Shown one piece after another: positions 38,387 to 48,900 of a stretch of 64,000 bases of DNA (its first letter is position 1; the number at the start of each line of letters is the position of its first letter). The stretch is from NCBI GenBank assembly GCA_963795085.1, contig CAWCFX010000001.1:668674-732673 (forward strand). Reading direction: 5' to 3'. The notes beneath the pieces are model-generated. The model was not told the origin of the DNA and did no database searches. It was given only the letters and a program-made list of their open reading frames with translations. The DNA is from an uncultured Gemmatimonadales bacterium (lineage in GTDB: Bacteria > Gemmatimonadota > Gemmatimonadetes > Gemmatimonadales > GWC2-71-9). The position numbers and the translations under genes are program-made.

Positions 38387-40141
38387 CTACTGCAGTACCG
38401 GCAGGACGATGCGGGAAGGGCGCCGGCGATCGTGGTAGATCGAAATCCGGGCGGACTGCGTGTTGTCGGAGAACACTTCCGAGTCGCCGCTGTGGAGGTT
38501 CCGCGAGAACCACGGATAGAAGGTCGTGGAAACCTGGATTCGGATCCGGTGACCCCGTCGGAACAAGTTGCCGGTCAGCATGTTGTCCAACGTCAATCGG
38601 TAGATACGCCCGGGGACCAGTGGTGCCGGTTCCATGGTTTGGGTGCGAGAGCTGGCCCGGATCACGTCCAGGCCCGGGTGCATGAGGTTCCACGCAGTGC
38701 CGTCCGGCGCAACATCCTGGACCCTGACCCAGAGGTCGGTATCCCGCCCGTCGACGGCCAGGTAGATCTCCGCCGATATGGCGCCAACTACCCTGAGTTC
38801 CTGGTCCAGTGGCGGAGTCTCGAAGGTCAGGACATCCTCCCGACCCGCCAGCGCCCGGTAGTCGTGGGCCCCCGGGGATTCGGCATGGGGATCGATGACC
38901 GGGGCTGCGGGATCCGACTCGAAGACACTGAACTCCTCCTCCTCCGGGTTGCGGGCCGGCAGGAGGCGTCCCAGGGCGGAACTGGTATCCCGGCCCGCGA
39001 GGTACAACGGATGCGGTTGGATGCCCGGCAGGGGCCAGCGGTCCGACTCGATCCAGCGATTCTCGCCCATGACGTATACCCGGACCCGGGGCTCGGTCCT
39101 GACCCCGTTGTCCAGCCCTTTGAGGTGATGGTCCATCCACCGGAGCACCAGCTCGTCGTAGTCCCGGGCAGCCTGGTCGCCCACCTCACGCTCTCCCACC
39201 GCAGTCCGGCCTACGGCATCGACCCCATGGGACCAGGGGCCCAGCACCAGGCTGGCCCTGGGCGCCCGTCCCGCGCGGGCGGCAAGGAGGCCTCGAAAGT
39301 TGCGGATCGCGCCCGATGGCCCGTAGGCCTCATCATGCCAGCCGGACAGATTCAGCACCGCGGCCTGGGTGCGCCGGTACTTGCCGGTAAGATCGGCCCA
39401 GTTCCACCACGGGTCGGCGGCCGGATGATTGAGCCATTCGTAGTACCAGGGCGCCACCTGCTTGAGAGCGGGCAAGCCGCGGAGCGGAAGGTATCCGTGC
39501 AGCCGGTCTTTGACCGCCTGCCACTCGGCGGCGGCAGCCTGGTAGGTTTGCGGACCGGGCAAGCCGTTCCGGACCCGGATGTCGGGCGCGATGTTGAACC
39601 AGATCCACCCGATCCAGGAGAGATCCCAGACGCCGCCGGAGGTGAAAAACGTCCGCGGGGTGGCGAAGGTCATGGCCGGCGCCATGGCGCGGAGGTGAGG
39701 TGGGCTTTCTACCGCGGCGAGCCATTGGACGGCACCGGGGTAGGACAGGCCAAAGGTACCCACCTGGCCGTTGGACCAGGGCCGGGCCGCGGCCCATTCA
39801 ATGGTGTCATAACCGTCGCGACCCTCCTGGTGGTAAGCGTTGAATTCGCCGCCCGACCCATAGCGGCCGCGGACGTCCTGGACGAGGACGGCGTACCCGC
39901 GATCCACCGCTTTCCGGAAGATGGTATACTCTTCGACCGCTGAGCGGCGCCCGTACGGCGTCCGGTAGACCAGGACCGGCCAGGGACCCTCTCCCGGTGG
40001 GCGGAGCAGATCGGCCTTGAGGATCACGCTGTCTCGCATGGGAATGGCAAGATCGCGATCCGTGACCAGCGGCGCGGAATCCTGGGCCCGGAGCACGCCC
40101 GAGATTGCCGCAACGAGAGGAAACCAGCGAAGGAGGCGCAT
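38387..40141 (-). CDS. CocE/NonD family hydrolase (S15 X-Pro dipeptidyl-peptidase-like)
   Basis: The start at 40141 gives signal MRLLRWFPLVAAISGVLRAQD. VLVYRTPYGRR...GYAVLVQDVRGRYGSGGEF...DTIEWAAARPWSNGQVGTFGLSYPG (GxSYxG) is characteristic. Confidence 0.85.
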   Translation of the reverse strand: MRLLRWFPLVAAISGVLRAQDSAPLVTDRDLAIPMRDSVILKADLLRPPGEGPWPVLVYRTPYGRRSAVEEYTIFRKAVDRGYAVLVQDVRGRYGSGGEFNAYHQEGRDGYDTIEWAAARPWSNGQVGTFGLSYPGAVQWLAAVESPPHLRAMAPAMTFATPRTFFTSGGVWDLSWIGWIWFNIAPDIRVRNGLPGPQTYQAAAAEWQAVKDRLHGYLPLRGLPALKQVAPWYYEWLNHPAADPWWNWADLTGKYRRTQAAVLNLSGWHDEAYGPSGAIRNFRGLLAARAGRAPRASLVLGPWSHGVDAVGRTAVGEREVGDQAARDYDELVLRWMDHHLKGLDNGVRTEPRVRVYVMGENRWIESDRWPLPGIQPHPLYLAGRDTSSALGRLLPARNPEEEEFSVFESDPAAPVIDPHAESPGAHDYRALAGREDVLTFETPPLDQELRVVGAISAEIYLAVDGRDTDLWVRVQDVAPDGTAWNLMHPGLDVIRASSRTQTMEPAPLVPGRIYRLTLDNMLTGNLFRRGHRIRIQVSTTFYPWFSRNLHSGDSEVFSDNTQSARISIYHDRRRPSRIVLPVLQ

Positions 40142-40150
40142 GCCGATAAT

Positions 40151-40969
40151 ATGCACCGGGTCCCCATGACGTCCGCAACCGTGGCCCTGCTGGGAGTGGC
40201 GTACGACCAGGCGTCTTCGTTTCAGCGGGGGGCGGCTGCCGGGCCGGCGGCGATCCGGGCTGCGCTGCACTCCGGGAGCACCAACCTATGGTCGGAATCG
40301 CTCCTCGATCTGGGACGCCCGGGCGTGCTGATCGACGCCGGCGACATCACTCCCGCCCGGGCGGCGGCCCGGGACGAGATCCAAAGCGCGGTGGCCGCCG
40401 TCCTGGAGCGCGGACAGGCTCCGCTTATCCTGGGAGGAGACCATTCGATCACCTATCCGGCGGTGCGGGCGTTCCGCGGCCGGGCGCCTTTCGCGCTTCT
40501 CCACTTCGATGCTCACCCCGATCTCTATCCTGACTACATGGGCGACCGCTATTCGCATGCCTCGCCATTTGCCCGGCTAATGGAGGAGGGACTCGCGGCC
40601 GAGCTGGTGCAGGTGGGAGTGCGGACGATGAACGGCATCCAGGCCGAGCAGGCGGCGCGGTTCGGGGCGCAGGAAATCGGGCCCGACCAATGGGCGGCCG
40701 GCTGGCGGTTCAGCTCCGCGCTACCGGTCTATCTGTCAATCGACCTGGATGTTCTGGACCCCGCCTTCGCGCCCGGCGTGGCTCATCCCGAGCCGGGCGG
40801 TTGCTCCACCCGGCAGCTGCTCTCCACGCTGCAGGCCATCCCGAATCGGGTCATCGGAGCGGATATCGTCGAATTGAACCCCGCGAACGATCCTGCCGGG
40901 CTGACCGCGAGGGTCGCCGCGAAACTGGTCAAGGAAGTTGCCGCGATGATGCTACGGGTGACGGTCTGA
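40151..40969 (+). CDS. arginase/agmatinase/formiminoglutamase family ureohydrolase
   Basis: Mn-binding motifs LGGDHSITYP, LLHFDAHPDL and SIDLDVLDPAFAPG. The start may be the ATG at 40166. Confidence 0.85.
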   Translation: MHRVPMTSATVALLGVAYDQASSFQRGAAAGPAAIRAALHSGSTNLWSESLLDLGRPGVLIDAGDITPARAAARDEIQSAVAAVLERGQAPLILGGDHSITYPAVRAFRGRAPFALLHFDAHPDLYPDYMGDRYSHASPFARLMEEGLAAELVQVGVRTMNGIQAEQAARFGAQEIGPDQWAAGWRFSSALPVYLSIDLDVLDPAFAPGVAHPEPGGCSTRQLLSTLQAIPNRVIGADIVELNPANDPAGLTARVAAKLVKEVAAMMLRVTV

Positions 40970-40970
40970 T

Positions 40971-42857
40971 TCAGCGGACTCGGAGGAGGGCCAGGTCGGT
41001 CCGGGAGACGGAGAGGGGCTGACCTTCGGGAGCGGTGTAGGCAATCTGGGTGGGGCCGCTGACCTCGACTTCCAGGTAACGGGCATCGAGTTCTTCCAGC
41101 ATCAGCGTGGAAACCCCTCCGCCGGCCGATACATGGGCATCCACGAGCACGCTCGCCGGAAAGAACCGGCGCAGGTCCCACATGGGGTCCTGGATGGCCG
41201 GGCTGGCGCCCGGCAGTTCGTCGGCGTACCAGGAAAGCAGCCATTCGCCCACCACCTGGTTGGGGGAGCGGCGCTGCCCGGTCAGGTCGTTGGAGATCTG
41301 GGTGAAGGTCCGCCGCGCCGGCAACGAGGAAAAACGCTCCAGCACCGCGGCCTGCGGCTGTCCGGATTCCACCGCCCGGGCGATCAGGCTGCTGACCATG
41401 CGGCAGGCCATCGGGTAGTCGATCGCACCGGCGACGGACCGGGGGCGGGCCGGGACGTCCGCCAGCCCGCACATGGAAAACAGGCGGGCCCCCTTGGCGG
41501 TCATCAGATGCGGAGAATTCCCCAGGTTGCTCGTGAAGGGCCGGGGCGCTCCCTGCATCGTCCACAGGTGCCGCATGACATCGGCGTAGCCTTCGACGGT
41601 CCATTCCTTTCGCCGGGCCGACTGGTCCGGGCTGCGCTGAAACCAGAAGTCGGCCAGGTGCGCGGTCTCGTGGGCCGCGGTGCTGAGCATGCGTGCTTCC
41701 CGGGCCGCCGTAGGGCGGAACAGCGCGGTGCCATCGAGCCAGATGAAGTCGTTGCGCGCGGGGCGGTTGCCGCACAAGTGCCCGGTTTCCCAGGATGGAT
41801 ACGCGAAGCCGCGGGCGTTGGCCGCGCTGGAGTCGGTGACCAGCACCGGGATACGGCTGGAACGGTGCCAGCCGGGAAGCGCCTCCGTGAAAAACGGGGT
41901 GACCATTGTTTCGTACTCGTCCAGGAAGGCCAGGAGGCGTTCCTTGACCGCCGGGTTTCGGCGAGCCCGTACCAGGGTAGGCGCGTCGACGAAGACCATC
42001 AGGTGGGCCGAGCTGCCGACGGCCTTCCAGTATTCGGGCCTGCGGCCCGGCCCGTGCAGCCCCAGGAAGCGGCCGTTCTTGGCCCGGGCGGTGGCCAGGA
42101 GCAGCGAATCACCGATGACGGGCGAGGCCGAACATGGAGTGGCCCCGGGCAGCACCGAATCCCAGGGTGCCCGCTCGAGGTAATTGACCGCCGGCAGGTA
42201 GGAAAGCTCGTACTGTTCAGGGTCCGGCCGCTCCACCAGGCGGGAGGGCCGCTTGGGGAGGGACCGCGGGCCCGCCACCTGACGGCCAAGGAGCCGGTGT
42301 TCCGGCTGAATCGTCACCTGGGCGCGGACCGTGTCGGTTTTCCGGGCCAGACGGTCGTCCTGTTCCCACGAAAACGGCATCGCGACATAAAGGCCGGTAT
42401 CGGCGACCTCGACCGCGCAGCCGCGCGCGACGGCGTCGGTTGCAAGGACGTGCTCGCCCGGTGCGAGCGAAACCCGGAAGGGCACGGCCGCCGCCGGCAA
42501 GACCACCTGAGTCCGTTGCCGGCCCCGGCGAAGCTCGACGTCAAAGGAGACTCCGGACCGGAGGCAGGGCGTAAAGAGGGCCGACGGCAGTTCCACGGCA
42601 AGGCTGGTGTCGCTGGCCTGCCGAGTGGGGGCCCGGAAGCCTCCCACCCGCACCTGGATGCCCGCGAGGTCCACCCCCGAAAAGCGAAGAACCTGACCCG
42701 GCGCGAGCACCGAATCCATGGGCGTGACGCGCAGGCTCACCGGTCCGACCAGCCCCTCGTCCGCCCGGCATGCGAGCAGCACGAACACCGCAAGGGCCAG
42801 AACGATCAGGCCTCGCGCCGTGCTGAGGTTGACATGGGCGGGTGTTGCGGGCCGCAT
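40971..42857 (-). CDS. hypothetical lipoprotein with an HExxH motif (possible zinc metalloprotease)
   Basis: The start at 42857 gives MRPATPAHVNLSTARGLIVLALAVFVLLAC. There is a single HExxH in AAHETAHLADFWF. I recognise no family. Confidence 0.55.
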   Translation of the reverse strand: MRPATPAHVNLSTARGLIVLALAVFVLLACRADEGLVGPVSLRVTPMDSVLAPGQVLRFSGVDLAGIQVRVGGFRAPTRQASDTSLAVELPSALFTPCLRSGVSFDVELRRGRQRTQVVLPAAAVPFRVSLAPGEHVLATDAVARGCAVEVADTGLYVAMPFSWEQDDRLARKTDTVRAQVTIQPEHRLLGRQVAGPRSLPKRPSRLVERPDPEQYELSYLPAVNYLERAPWDSVLPGATPCSASPVIGDSLLLATARAKNGRFLGLHGPGRRPEYWKAVGSSAHLMVFVDAPTLVRARRNPAVKERLLAFLDEYETMVTPFFTEALPGWHRSSRIPVLVTDSSAANARGFAYPSWETGHLCGNRPARNDFIWLDGTALFRPTAAREARMLSTAAHETAHLADFWFQRSPDQSARRKEWTVEGYADVMRHLWTMQGAPRPFTSNLGNSPHLMTAKGARLFSMCGLADVPARPRSVAGAIDYPMACRMVSSLIARAVESGQPQAAVLERFSSLPARRTFTQISNDLTGQRRSPNQVVGEWLLSWYADELPGASPAIQDPMWDLRRFFPASVLVDAHVSAGGGVSTLMLEELDARYLEVEVSGPTQIAYTAPEGQPLSVSRTDLALLRVR

Positions 42858-42984
42858 GGGCCTTCCCTCCGGCTGGAAACTAGTGACTACCCGTAGGTAT
42901 AGATGCAAAAGCAGGACCTGCGGTTACTGCCCCCTGGAGCGGGCCGCCCCGGCCTCCCCGGCCAGGATTGTCTGCTCCGCCGGA

Positions 42985-43407
42985 CTACCAGCCGTCCGGA
43001 AAGGTGACATCGATGGCCATCGCGATCGCGACCAACTCGCGTGCCGCCCCGGCATAGGGAAGCAGCGATCCCATGCTCCCTTTCGAAAGGCGAAGTTTCC
43101 CGCTCATTACCGCAGTCAGCGGAGCCATCGTCCCCCCGAGCAGTTCGCGCCATACCGGGGCAGTTCCGGTCAGGACGTAGCGGGCGTTTTCCCGGTCCAG
43201 GGGAGTGGCCGCCCGGGCCTGGCGACACTCTCCGTGCCAAAGGTCGAGGTAGACCGCCCGCTCGTCGGCGGTGCTCGAGCCATCCCGGGCCATGACCAGG
43301 GCGACACCTCCCTCCCATGTACTCGCTGCGGCCCGGTACGCCTGGCTCTGGTTCAGCCGGGTGCACCATTGGTTGGCCCATTCCGCGGAAAATGCTTCGC
43401 TTGCCAT
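42985..43407 (-). CDS. SCP2 sterol-carrier-like domain protein
   Basis: 140 aa. EWANQWCTRLNQSQAYRAAASTWEG...GTMAPLTAVMSGKLRLSKGSMGSLLPY matches the SCP2 C-terminal pattern (M.GKLK..G.m). Confidence 0.6.
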   Translation of the reverse strand: MASEAFSAEWANQWCTRLNQSQAYRAAASTWEGGVALVMARDGSSTADERAVYLDLWHGECRQARAATPLDRENARYVLTGTAPVWRELLGGTMAPLTAVMSGKLRLSKGSMGSLLPYAGAARELVAIAMAIDVTFPDGW

Positions 43408-43697
43408 GATCCTAGTCAGGGTATGTTGACCGTGAATGGTGACTTACAATTTTTGTCCAGTGAGTCAGTGTCCACCTGACCTGTTGGTCAATCGGCGCAA
43501 GGAGCCCGGTACCAGGGGCTGCTTTCGCCGTCTATTCCCAAGAACGTGATGCACATCACTGCCCACCCCCACGAGCGAAGGACATCTTGCCCATCCTACG
43601 GGACCCGACGATCGCGGTCCCGGTCAAGCGGTTCTGGCCTATTGCCGAGTGTGGTAGGGTTGCCGTACCGCATCAAACCTGTCAGGGAGGTTATCGG

Positions 43698-44372
43698 ATG
43701 TTTTCTCATCGCTCTCACTCCGGCCGGGTCGCGCTCGCTGGTTTAGTTGCGGCCTTCAGCGTTGTCGGCTGTGCCCGGGTCACCCCGGACCAGTTGCAGA
43801 CCGAGTTGACCACCATTCGTTCGGAAATCGCCTCCGGAGACAGCGCGTTGAGCGGGCGTATCACCGCGACGGATCAGCGGGTGAATGCCATGCAGACCCG
43901 GCTCGACTCCCTGGAGCGCGACCTGCAGGCTCTGCGCAGCGAGTTTAACGCCAGCATCCAGCGAATGGAAACCGCCGTGCGGTTCAATGTACCCGTACAC
44001 TTCGATTTTGACGATGCGACCCTTCGCGAAGCCGACCGGCCGATGCTGGACCGCTTTGCCCAGATCACCCAGAAGTACTTCACCGACGCGACCATCACCA
44101 TCGAAGGCTTCACCGACCCGGCTGGCGATGCCAGCTACAACCTGGCCCTCGGCATGGACCGGGCCGAGGCCGTGCGTGACTATCTCGCCTCGGCGAGCGG
44201 TCTGACCGGCGACCGGGTCAAGGCCGTGAGCTATGGCGAGGCGCGGAACCGGCAGGTTGTTCCGGGGGCGCAGGGCCCCGGCCAGGCCGGGATGGAGAAC
44301 CGCCGGGTGGCCCTGGTCATCGACTATGCGGGCACCGGCACCACCCCGACCACCACCGCCAGCGCAAACTAG
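43698..44372 (+). CDS. OmpA-family lipoprotein with N-terminal coiled coil
   Basis: A GGGAGG RBS precedes the start. Lipobox in MFSHRSHSGRVALAGLVAAFSVVGC. OmpA_C motifs are FDFDDATLREADRPMLDRFAQI, GFTDPAGDASYNLALGMDRAEAVRDYL and NRRVALVI. Confidence 0.85.
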   Translation: MFSHRSHSGRVALAGLVAAFSVVGCARVTPDQLQTELTTIRSEIASGDSALSGRITATDQRVNAMQTRLDSLERDLQALRSEFNASIQRMETAVRFNVPVHFDFDDATLREADRPMLDRFAQITQKYFTDATITIEGFTDPAGDASYNLALGMDRAEAVRDYLASASGLTGDRVKAVSYGEARNRQVVPGAQGPGQAGMENRRVALVIDYAGTGTTPTTTASAN

Positions 44373-44392
44373 CCGCCCCGCGGTTCCTCCAG

Positions 44393-44424
44393 AAAGCGCC
44401 GGGTTCTCCCGGCGCTTTTTGTTT
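44393..44424 (+). terminator. rho-independent terminator after the OmpA-family gene
   Basis: 11-bp stem, AAAGCGCCGGG (44393-44403) pairing with CCCGGCGCTTT (44408-44418), with loop TTCT, followed by TTGTTT. Confidence 0.8.
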
Positions 44425-44441
44425 GCCGTTACCTTGGGGCC

Positions 44442-45557
<1,116 letters not shown>

Positions 45558-45569
45558 CCCCGGACGGTC

Positions 45570-46856
45570 ATGCCGGACCCGGCCCACCCACCCTCATTCG
45601 GCGAAGCATTCCGCTTCTGGCTCCGGCTGGGGTTCATCAGCTTCGGCGGGCCGGCCGGCCAGATCGCGATCATGCACCGCGAGCTGGTGGACGAGCGGCA
45701 GTGGATTTCGGAGCCTCGGTTCCTGCACGCGCTCAATTTCTGCATGTTCCTCCCCGGCCCCGAGGCCTGCCAGCTGGCCATTTACATCGGGTGGCTGTTC
45801 CACGGGACCCGGGGCGGCATCACCGCCGGAGTTCTGTTCGTGCTTCCGTCGGTCGTCATTCTCTGGGGGCTGAGCCTCCTCTATGCATCGCTCGCCGGCC
45901 TGGGCTGGGTGGTGGCGGTATTCTACGGGCTCAAAGCAGCCGTCGTTGCGATCGTGGCCCATGCCATGGTGCGCATCGGACGGCGCGCGCTCCGGAACCT
46001 GCCCCTTGCCCTGATCGCGGTCCTCGCCTTTGTCGCGCTCTATTTCCTGAACCTCCCGTTTCCCCTCGTCATCCTGGCCGCGGGGGTGGTTGGTTTCGCG
46101 GGTGGCACCATTCGTCCTGATGCCTTTGCGCCGACGGGCGGCGACGGGCACCCGTCTCCCTACACGTTTCGCGACTTGGCCGGGCCAGCGCCGACGGGTC
46201 GGTCAATCCGGGTGGCACTGGTCTGCCTTTTCCTCTGGTGGCTGCCGGTCCTGGCTGCGGTCTTATGGCTCGGCAGCGGCAGCGTGCTGGTGGGCGAGGC
46301 GCTGTTCTTCAGCAAGGCGGCGATGGTGACCTTTGGCGGGGCCTACGCCGTCCTCCCCTACGTTGCCCAGCACGCGGTAGAACGGGCCGGCTGGCTCTCC
46401 GCCCCGGAGATGGTGGATGGGCTGGGGCTCGCCGAAACTACCCCGGGGCCGCTGATCATGGTGGTGCTGTTTGTGGGGTTCATGGCGGGATGGCATCACC
46501 CAGAGCCGCTCTCGCCACTGGGCATGGCCACCGCGGGAGCGCTGTTGACCACCTGGGTCACGTTCGTTCCCTGCTTCATGTGGATCTTCCTCGGAGCTCC
46601 CTACGTGGAGCGGCTCTACGGCAACCGGAAGCTGGGGAGCATACTCGCGGCTATCACGGCGGCGGTCGTAGGGGTCATCGCCAACCTGTCGGTGTGGTTC
46701 GCCGGGCATGTGGTGTTTCCGGCCGGCCGGCTGGACCCCTTCGCGCTGGGGCTCGGCATCATCGTCCTGGCGGGCCTGTTGCGTTGGAAATGGAAGGTGG
46801 TGCCGGTGGTAGGAGGCGCGGCACTGGCCGGGTGGGGGTACTGGCTGATCAGGTAA
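45570..46856 (+). CDS. chrA: chromate transporter (CHR family, two-domain)
   Basis: FRFWLRLGFISFGGPAGQIAIMHRELVDERQWISEPRFLHALNFCMFLPGPEA, with a second repeat FSKAAMVTFGGAYAVLPYV...GLGLAETTPGPL. Confidence 0.85.
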   Translation: MPDPAHPPSFGEAFRFWLRLGFISFGGPAGQIAIMHRELVDERQWISEPRFLHALNFCMFLPGPEACQLAIYIGWLFHGTRGGITAGVLFVLPSVVILWGLSLLYASLAGLGWVVAVFYGLKAAVVAIVAHAMVRIGRRALRNLPLALIAVLAFVALYFLNLPFPLVILAAGVVGFAGGTIRPDAFAPTGGDGHPSPYTFRDLAGPAPTGRSIRVALVCLFLWWLPVLAAVLWLGSGSVLVGEALFFSKAAMVTFGGAYAVLPYVAQHAVERAGWLSAPEMVDGLGLAETTPGPLIMVVLFVGFMAGWHHPEPLSPLGMATAGALLTTWVTFVPCFMWIFLGAPYVERLYGNRKLGSILAAITAAVVGVIANLSVWFAGHVVFPAGRLDPFALGLGIIVLAGLLRWKWKVVPVVGGAALAGWGYWLIR

Positions 46857-46916
46857 AGGGGCCTCACCGGTATCACGAAGGGAACGAAGAAATGATTGTC
46901 CCTCCGGGGGGCCTGC

Positions 46917-47168
46917 CTACTGCGCTGGCTTGTAGATCCGGAGCCGGGGGTTGCCGCCCAACCCGACGAAAGTCAGGCCGAGGGTGGCCAGATCGTCCGG
47001 GGTCAGGCTGCTCAGGGTCTCCTGGTCCAGAAAGCCGCTTCGCCGGGCGCATGGCTCACAGATCCCGTGGGACACCCCGGATCCTTCCGGGCTCCCTTCG
47101 AGAGTCTCGCCACACCAGGCGCAGCGCAAAAGCAACGGCATCAACAACCTCGTCCCCGCCGAGGCCAC
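46917..47168 (-). CDS. small hypothetical Cys-rich (zinc-ribbon-like) protein
   Basis: CAWCGETLEGSPEGSGVSHGICEPCA is a CxxC...CxxC pattern. A more likely start is MPLLLRCAWCG at 47141. I cannot confirm that it is expressed. Confidence 0.35.
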   Translation of the reverse strand: MASAGTRLLMPLLLRCAWCGETLEGSPEGSGVSHGICEPCARRSGFLDQETLSSLTPDDLATLGLTFVGLGGNPRLRIYKPAQ

Positions 47169-47275
47169 GGTTATTCCCCCCTATGGGGGATCGCCGAATC
47201 CCCGGGGCGGGTGACCTCGGGAACCGGGGTGCGAAGGGGCATTTCGCATGCCATTCCGGGCGGGGCCTCGACGCG

Positions 47276-48340
47276 TCAGGGGGTCGGCAGGGTGGGCCAC
47301 TGCTGGGTAACGCAATGAATGGCGCCCAGGCCCCAGACCAGGTCGGTGCAATCGATCCCAACCACGCGGCGTCCCGGGAAGAGGTCCTGTAACGCCTGCC
47401 GGGCGACTTCGTCCCCCGGGGAGCGGTAGGTGGGAAGGAGGACCACCTTGTTGGCGATGTAGAAGTTGGCGTAACTGGCGGGGAGGCGCTGGTCTCCCTG
47501 GTAAAGCGGGTTCGGCATCGGCAACGTCACCACCCGGAGCGGCCGGCCGTTCTGGTCCTTCATGGACGACAACCGCTGGAGATTCTCCTGCAGCGGGGCG
47601 TAGTTGGCATCGGTCGGGTCCGGTTCCACGACGGTGACGACGGTGCGGGCATCGGTAAAGCGGGACAGGTCGTCCACATGTCCGTCGGTGTCATCTCCTT
47701 CGATACCGTCCCCCAGCCACAGAATGTGGCGTACTCCCAGGTAGTCCTTCAAGTACTGTTCGATCTGCCCGCGGGACAGGTCCGGGTTGCGGTTGGGATT
47801 GAGCAGGCACGCCTCGGTCGTGAGCAGGGTGCCCGCACCGTTGAGGTCGATCGACCCTCCCTCCATGATGATCCCCGGATGAAAGACCGGGATCCCGAAC
47901 TCGGCGCCGATCCGGCTGGGAATCACGTCGTCGAGATCATAGGGCGGATACTTGTTCCCCCAGGCATTGTATCCCCAGTCCACGATCGCCTCTTCGGCCT
48001 TCTCCTCCCCCCGGCGCTGGACGAAGATGGGCCCGTGGTCCCGGCACCAGGCGTCGTTTGTGGGGTTATGGTGAAAGAAAACCCGGTCCTTCGGGATCTC
48101 CGGGTGCTGGAGGAAGCTCCGTGCCGCAGCCTCCTCTTCGGGGCCGGCCACGTTGATGTGGACTTCCTCGTGGGGCGCCAGGTGACGGACCATTTCACCG
48201 AAAATGGCGGGCACCGGACCAAAGCGGCCCGGCCAGCTGGCTTCCTTGTGGGGCCATGAGAGCCAGGTACCCCGGTGAGGCGCCCATTCAGCCGGCATGC
48301 TGAAGCCGGCTGGGCGCTTCGCATCGGCTTGGCCGGTCAT
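47276..48340 (-). CDS. aguA: agmatine deiminase
   Basis: FSMPAEWAPHRGTWLSWPH, DAWCRDHGPIFV, GGSIDLNGAGTLLTTE, DGHVDD, and the catalytic Cys in GAIHCVTQQ. Confidence 0.9.
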   Translation of the reverse strand: MTGQADAKRPAGFSMPAEWAPHRGTWLSWPHKEASWPGRFGPVPAIFGEMVRHLAPHEEVHINVAGPEEEAAARSFLQHPEIPKDRVFFHHNPTNDAWCRDHGPIFVQRRGEEKAEEAIVDWGYNAWGNKYPPYDLDDVIPSRIGAEFGIPVFHPGIIMEGGSIDLNGAGTLLTTEACLLNPNRNPDLSRGQIEQYLKDYLGVRHILWLGDGIEGDDTDGHVDDLSRFTDARTVVTVVEPDPTDANYAPLQENLQRLSSMKDQNGRPLRVVTLPMPNPLYQGDQRLPASYANFYIANKVVLLPTYRSPGDEVARQALQDLFPGRRVVGIDCTDLVWGLGAIHCVTQQWPTLPTP

Positions 48341-48769
48341 TGCCGATTGCCGATCAAAGATTGCCGATCTGCCTGCGGTGCGCTCTCGGCGGTCCGATGG
48401 CTGGCCACGAAGATCGAAATCAGCTCCTCAGTCTCATCCCGAAGGTCTAGCACCATTCTTCTGTTCTATCCTCGATTGTGCTTTGAGCAGGTCACGCCAG
48501 AACTGGGTTTCGTCGCACTCCTCGATGACAATACCCGGCGACTAACTCCTTCCTGGAGCGGGCACGGCAGGTTGACCGATAATTAGCCGCAACACTCGTT
48601 CTACTACGGAGCAACTGGTCGCGGATCACCCGAACGGCGGAACTATATGCTGATGTTTCGGAAAAGTGAGGACGTCGAGGGCAAGCTGTTTGGTCCTGTC
48701 TCTGAGCAGGCGGCGTTTTTCGGCAGAAGTGAGACCCGGGAGGAGGCTGACTTCATCCCGATCCATCAT
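48337..48769 (-). pseudogene. four-helix-bundle protein gene (23S rRNA intervening-sequence protein family, TIGR02436-like), with at least 3 frameshifts
   Basis: Minus-strand pieces lie in three frames. Piece 1 is MMDRDEVSLLPGLTSAEKRRLLRDRTKQLALDVLTF. Piece 2 is SETSAYSSAVRVIRDQLLRSRTSVAANYRSTCRARSRKELVAG. Piece 3 is IVIEECDETQFWRDLLKAQSRIEQK. Piece 4 is (M)VLDLRDETEELISIFVASHRTAES...IGNRQ-stop. The QLLRS.TSV.ANYR...RARS...F and DET.FW motifs are characteristic of the family. Its stop TGA overlaps the aguA ATG (ATGA). Confidence 0.7.
48339..48373. repeat. heptamer array (ATTGCCG)n, five units (three perfect)
   Basis: attgccg attgccg atcaaag attgccg atctgcc, starting inside the aguA start codon. 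Confidence 0.85.
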
Positions 48770-48855
48770 CAAGAGGCGCCAGTACCTCCAGGTGATAACT
48801 GCCTGGTCAACAAGCTAAAGTCTTACCACCACTTTACGAAAATACGCATCTTTCC

Positions 48856-48893
<38 letters not shown>

Positions 48894-48900
<7 letters not shown>

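Noticed and set aside
43408-43697. The 290-bp intergenic region upstream of the OmpA-family gene, examined for a riboswitch or sRNA
   Set aside because: I recognised no conserved riboswitch core (TPP, SAM, cobalamin, glycine, ykkC and others). There are only short hairpins such as GGGACC..GGTCCC and a weak heptamer-like stretch, which is insufficient evidence.
46213-46226. TGGCAC-N..-TGCC sigma-54-like string
   Set aside because: It lies inside the chrA coding sequence, and the GC of the -12 element is one position out of register with the GG.
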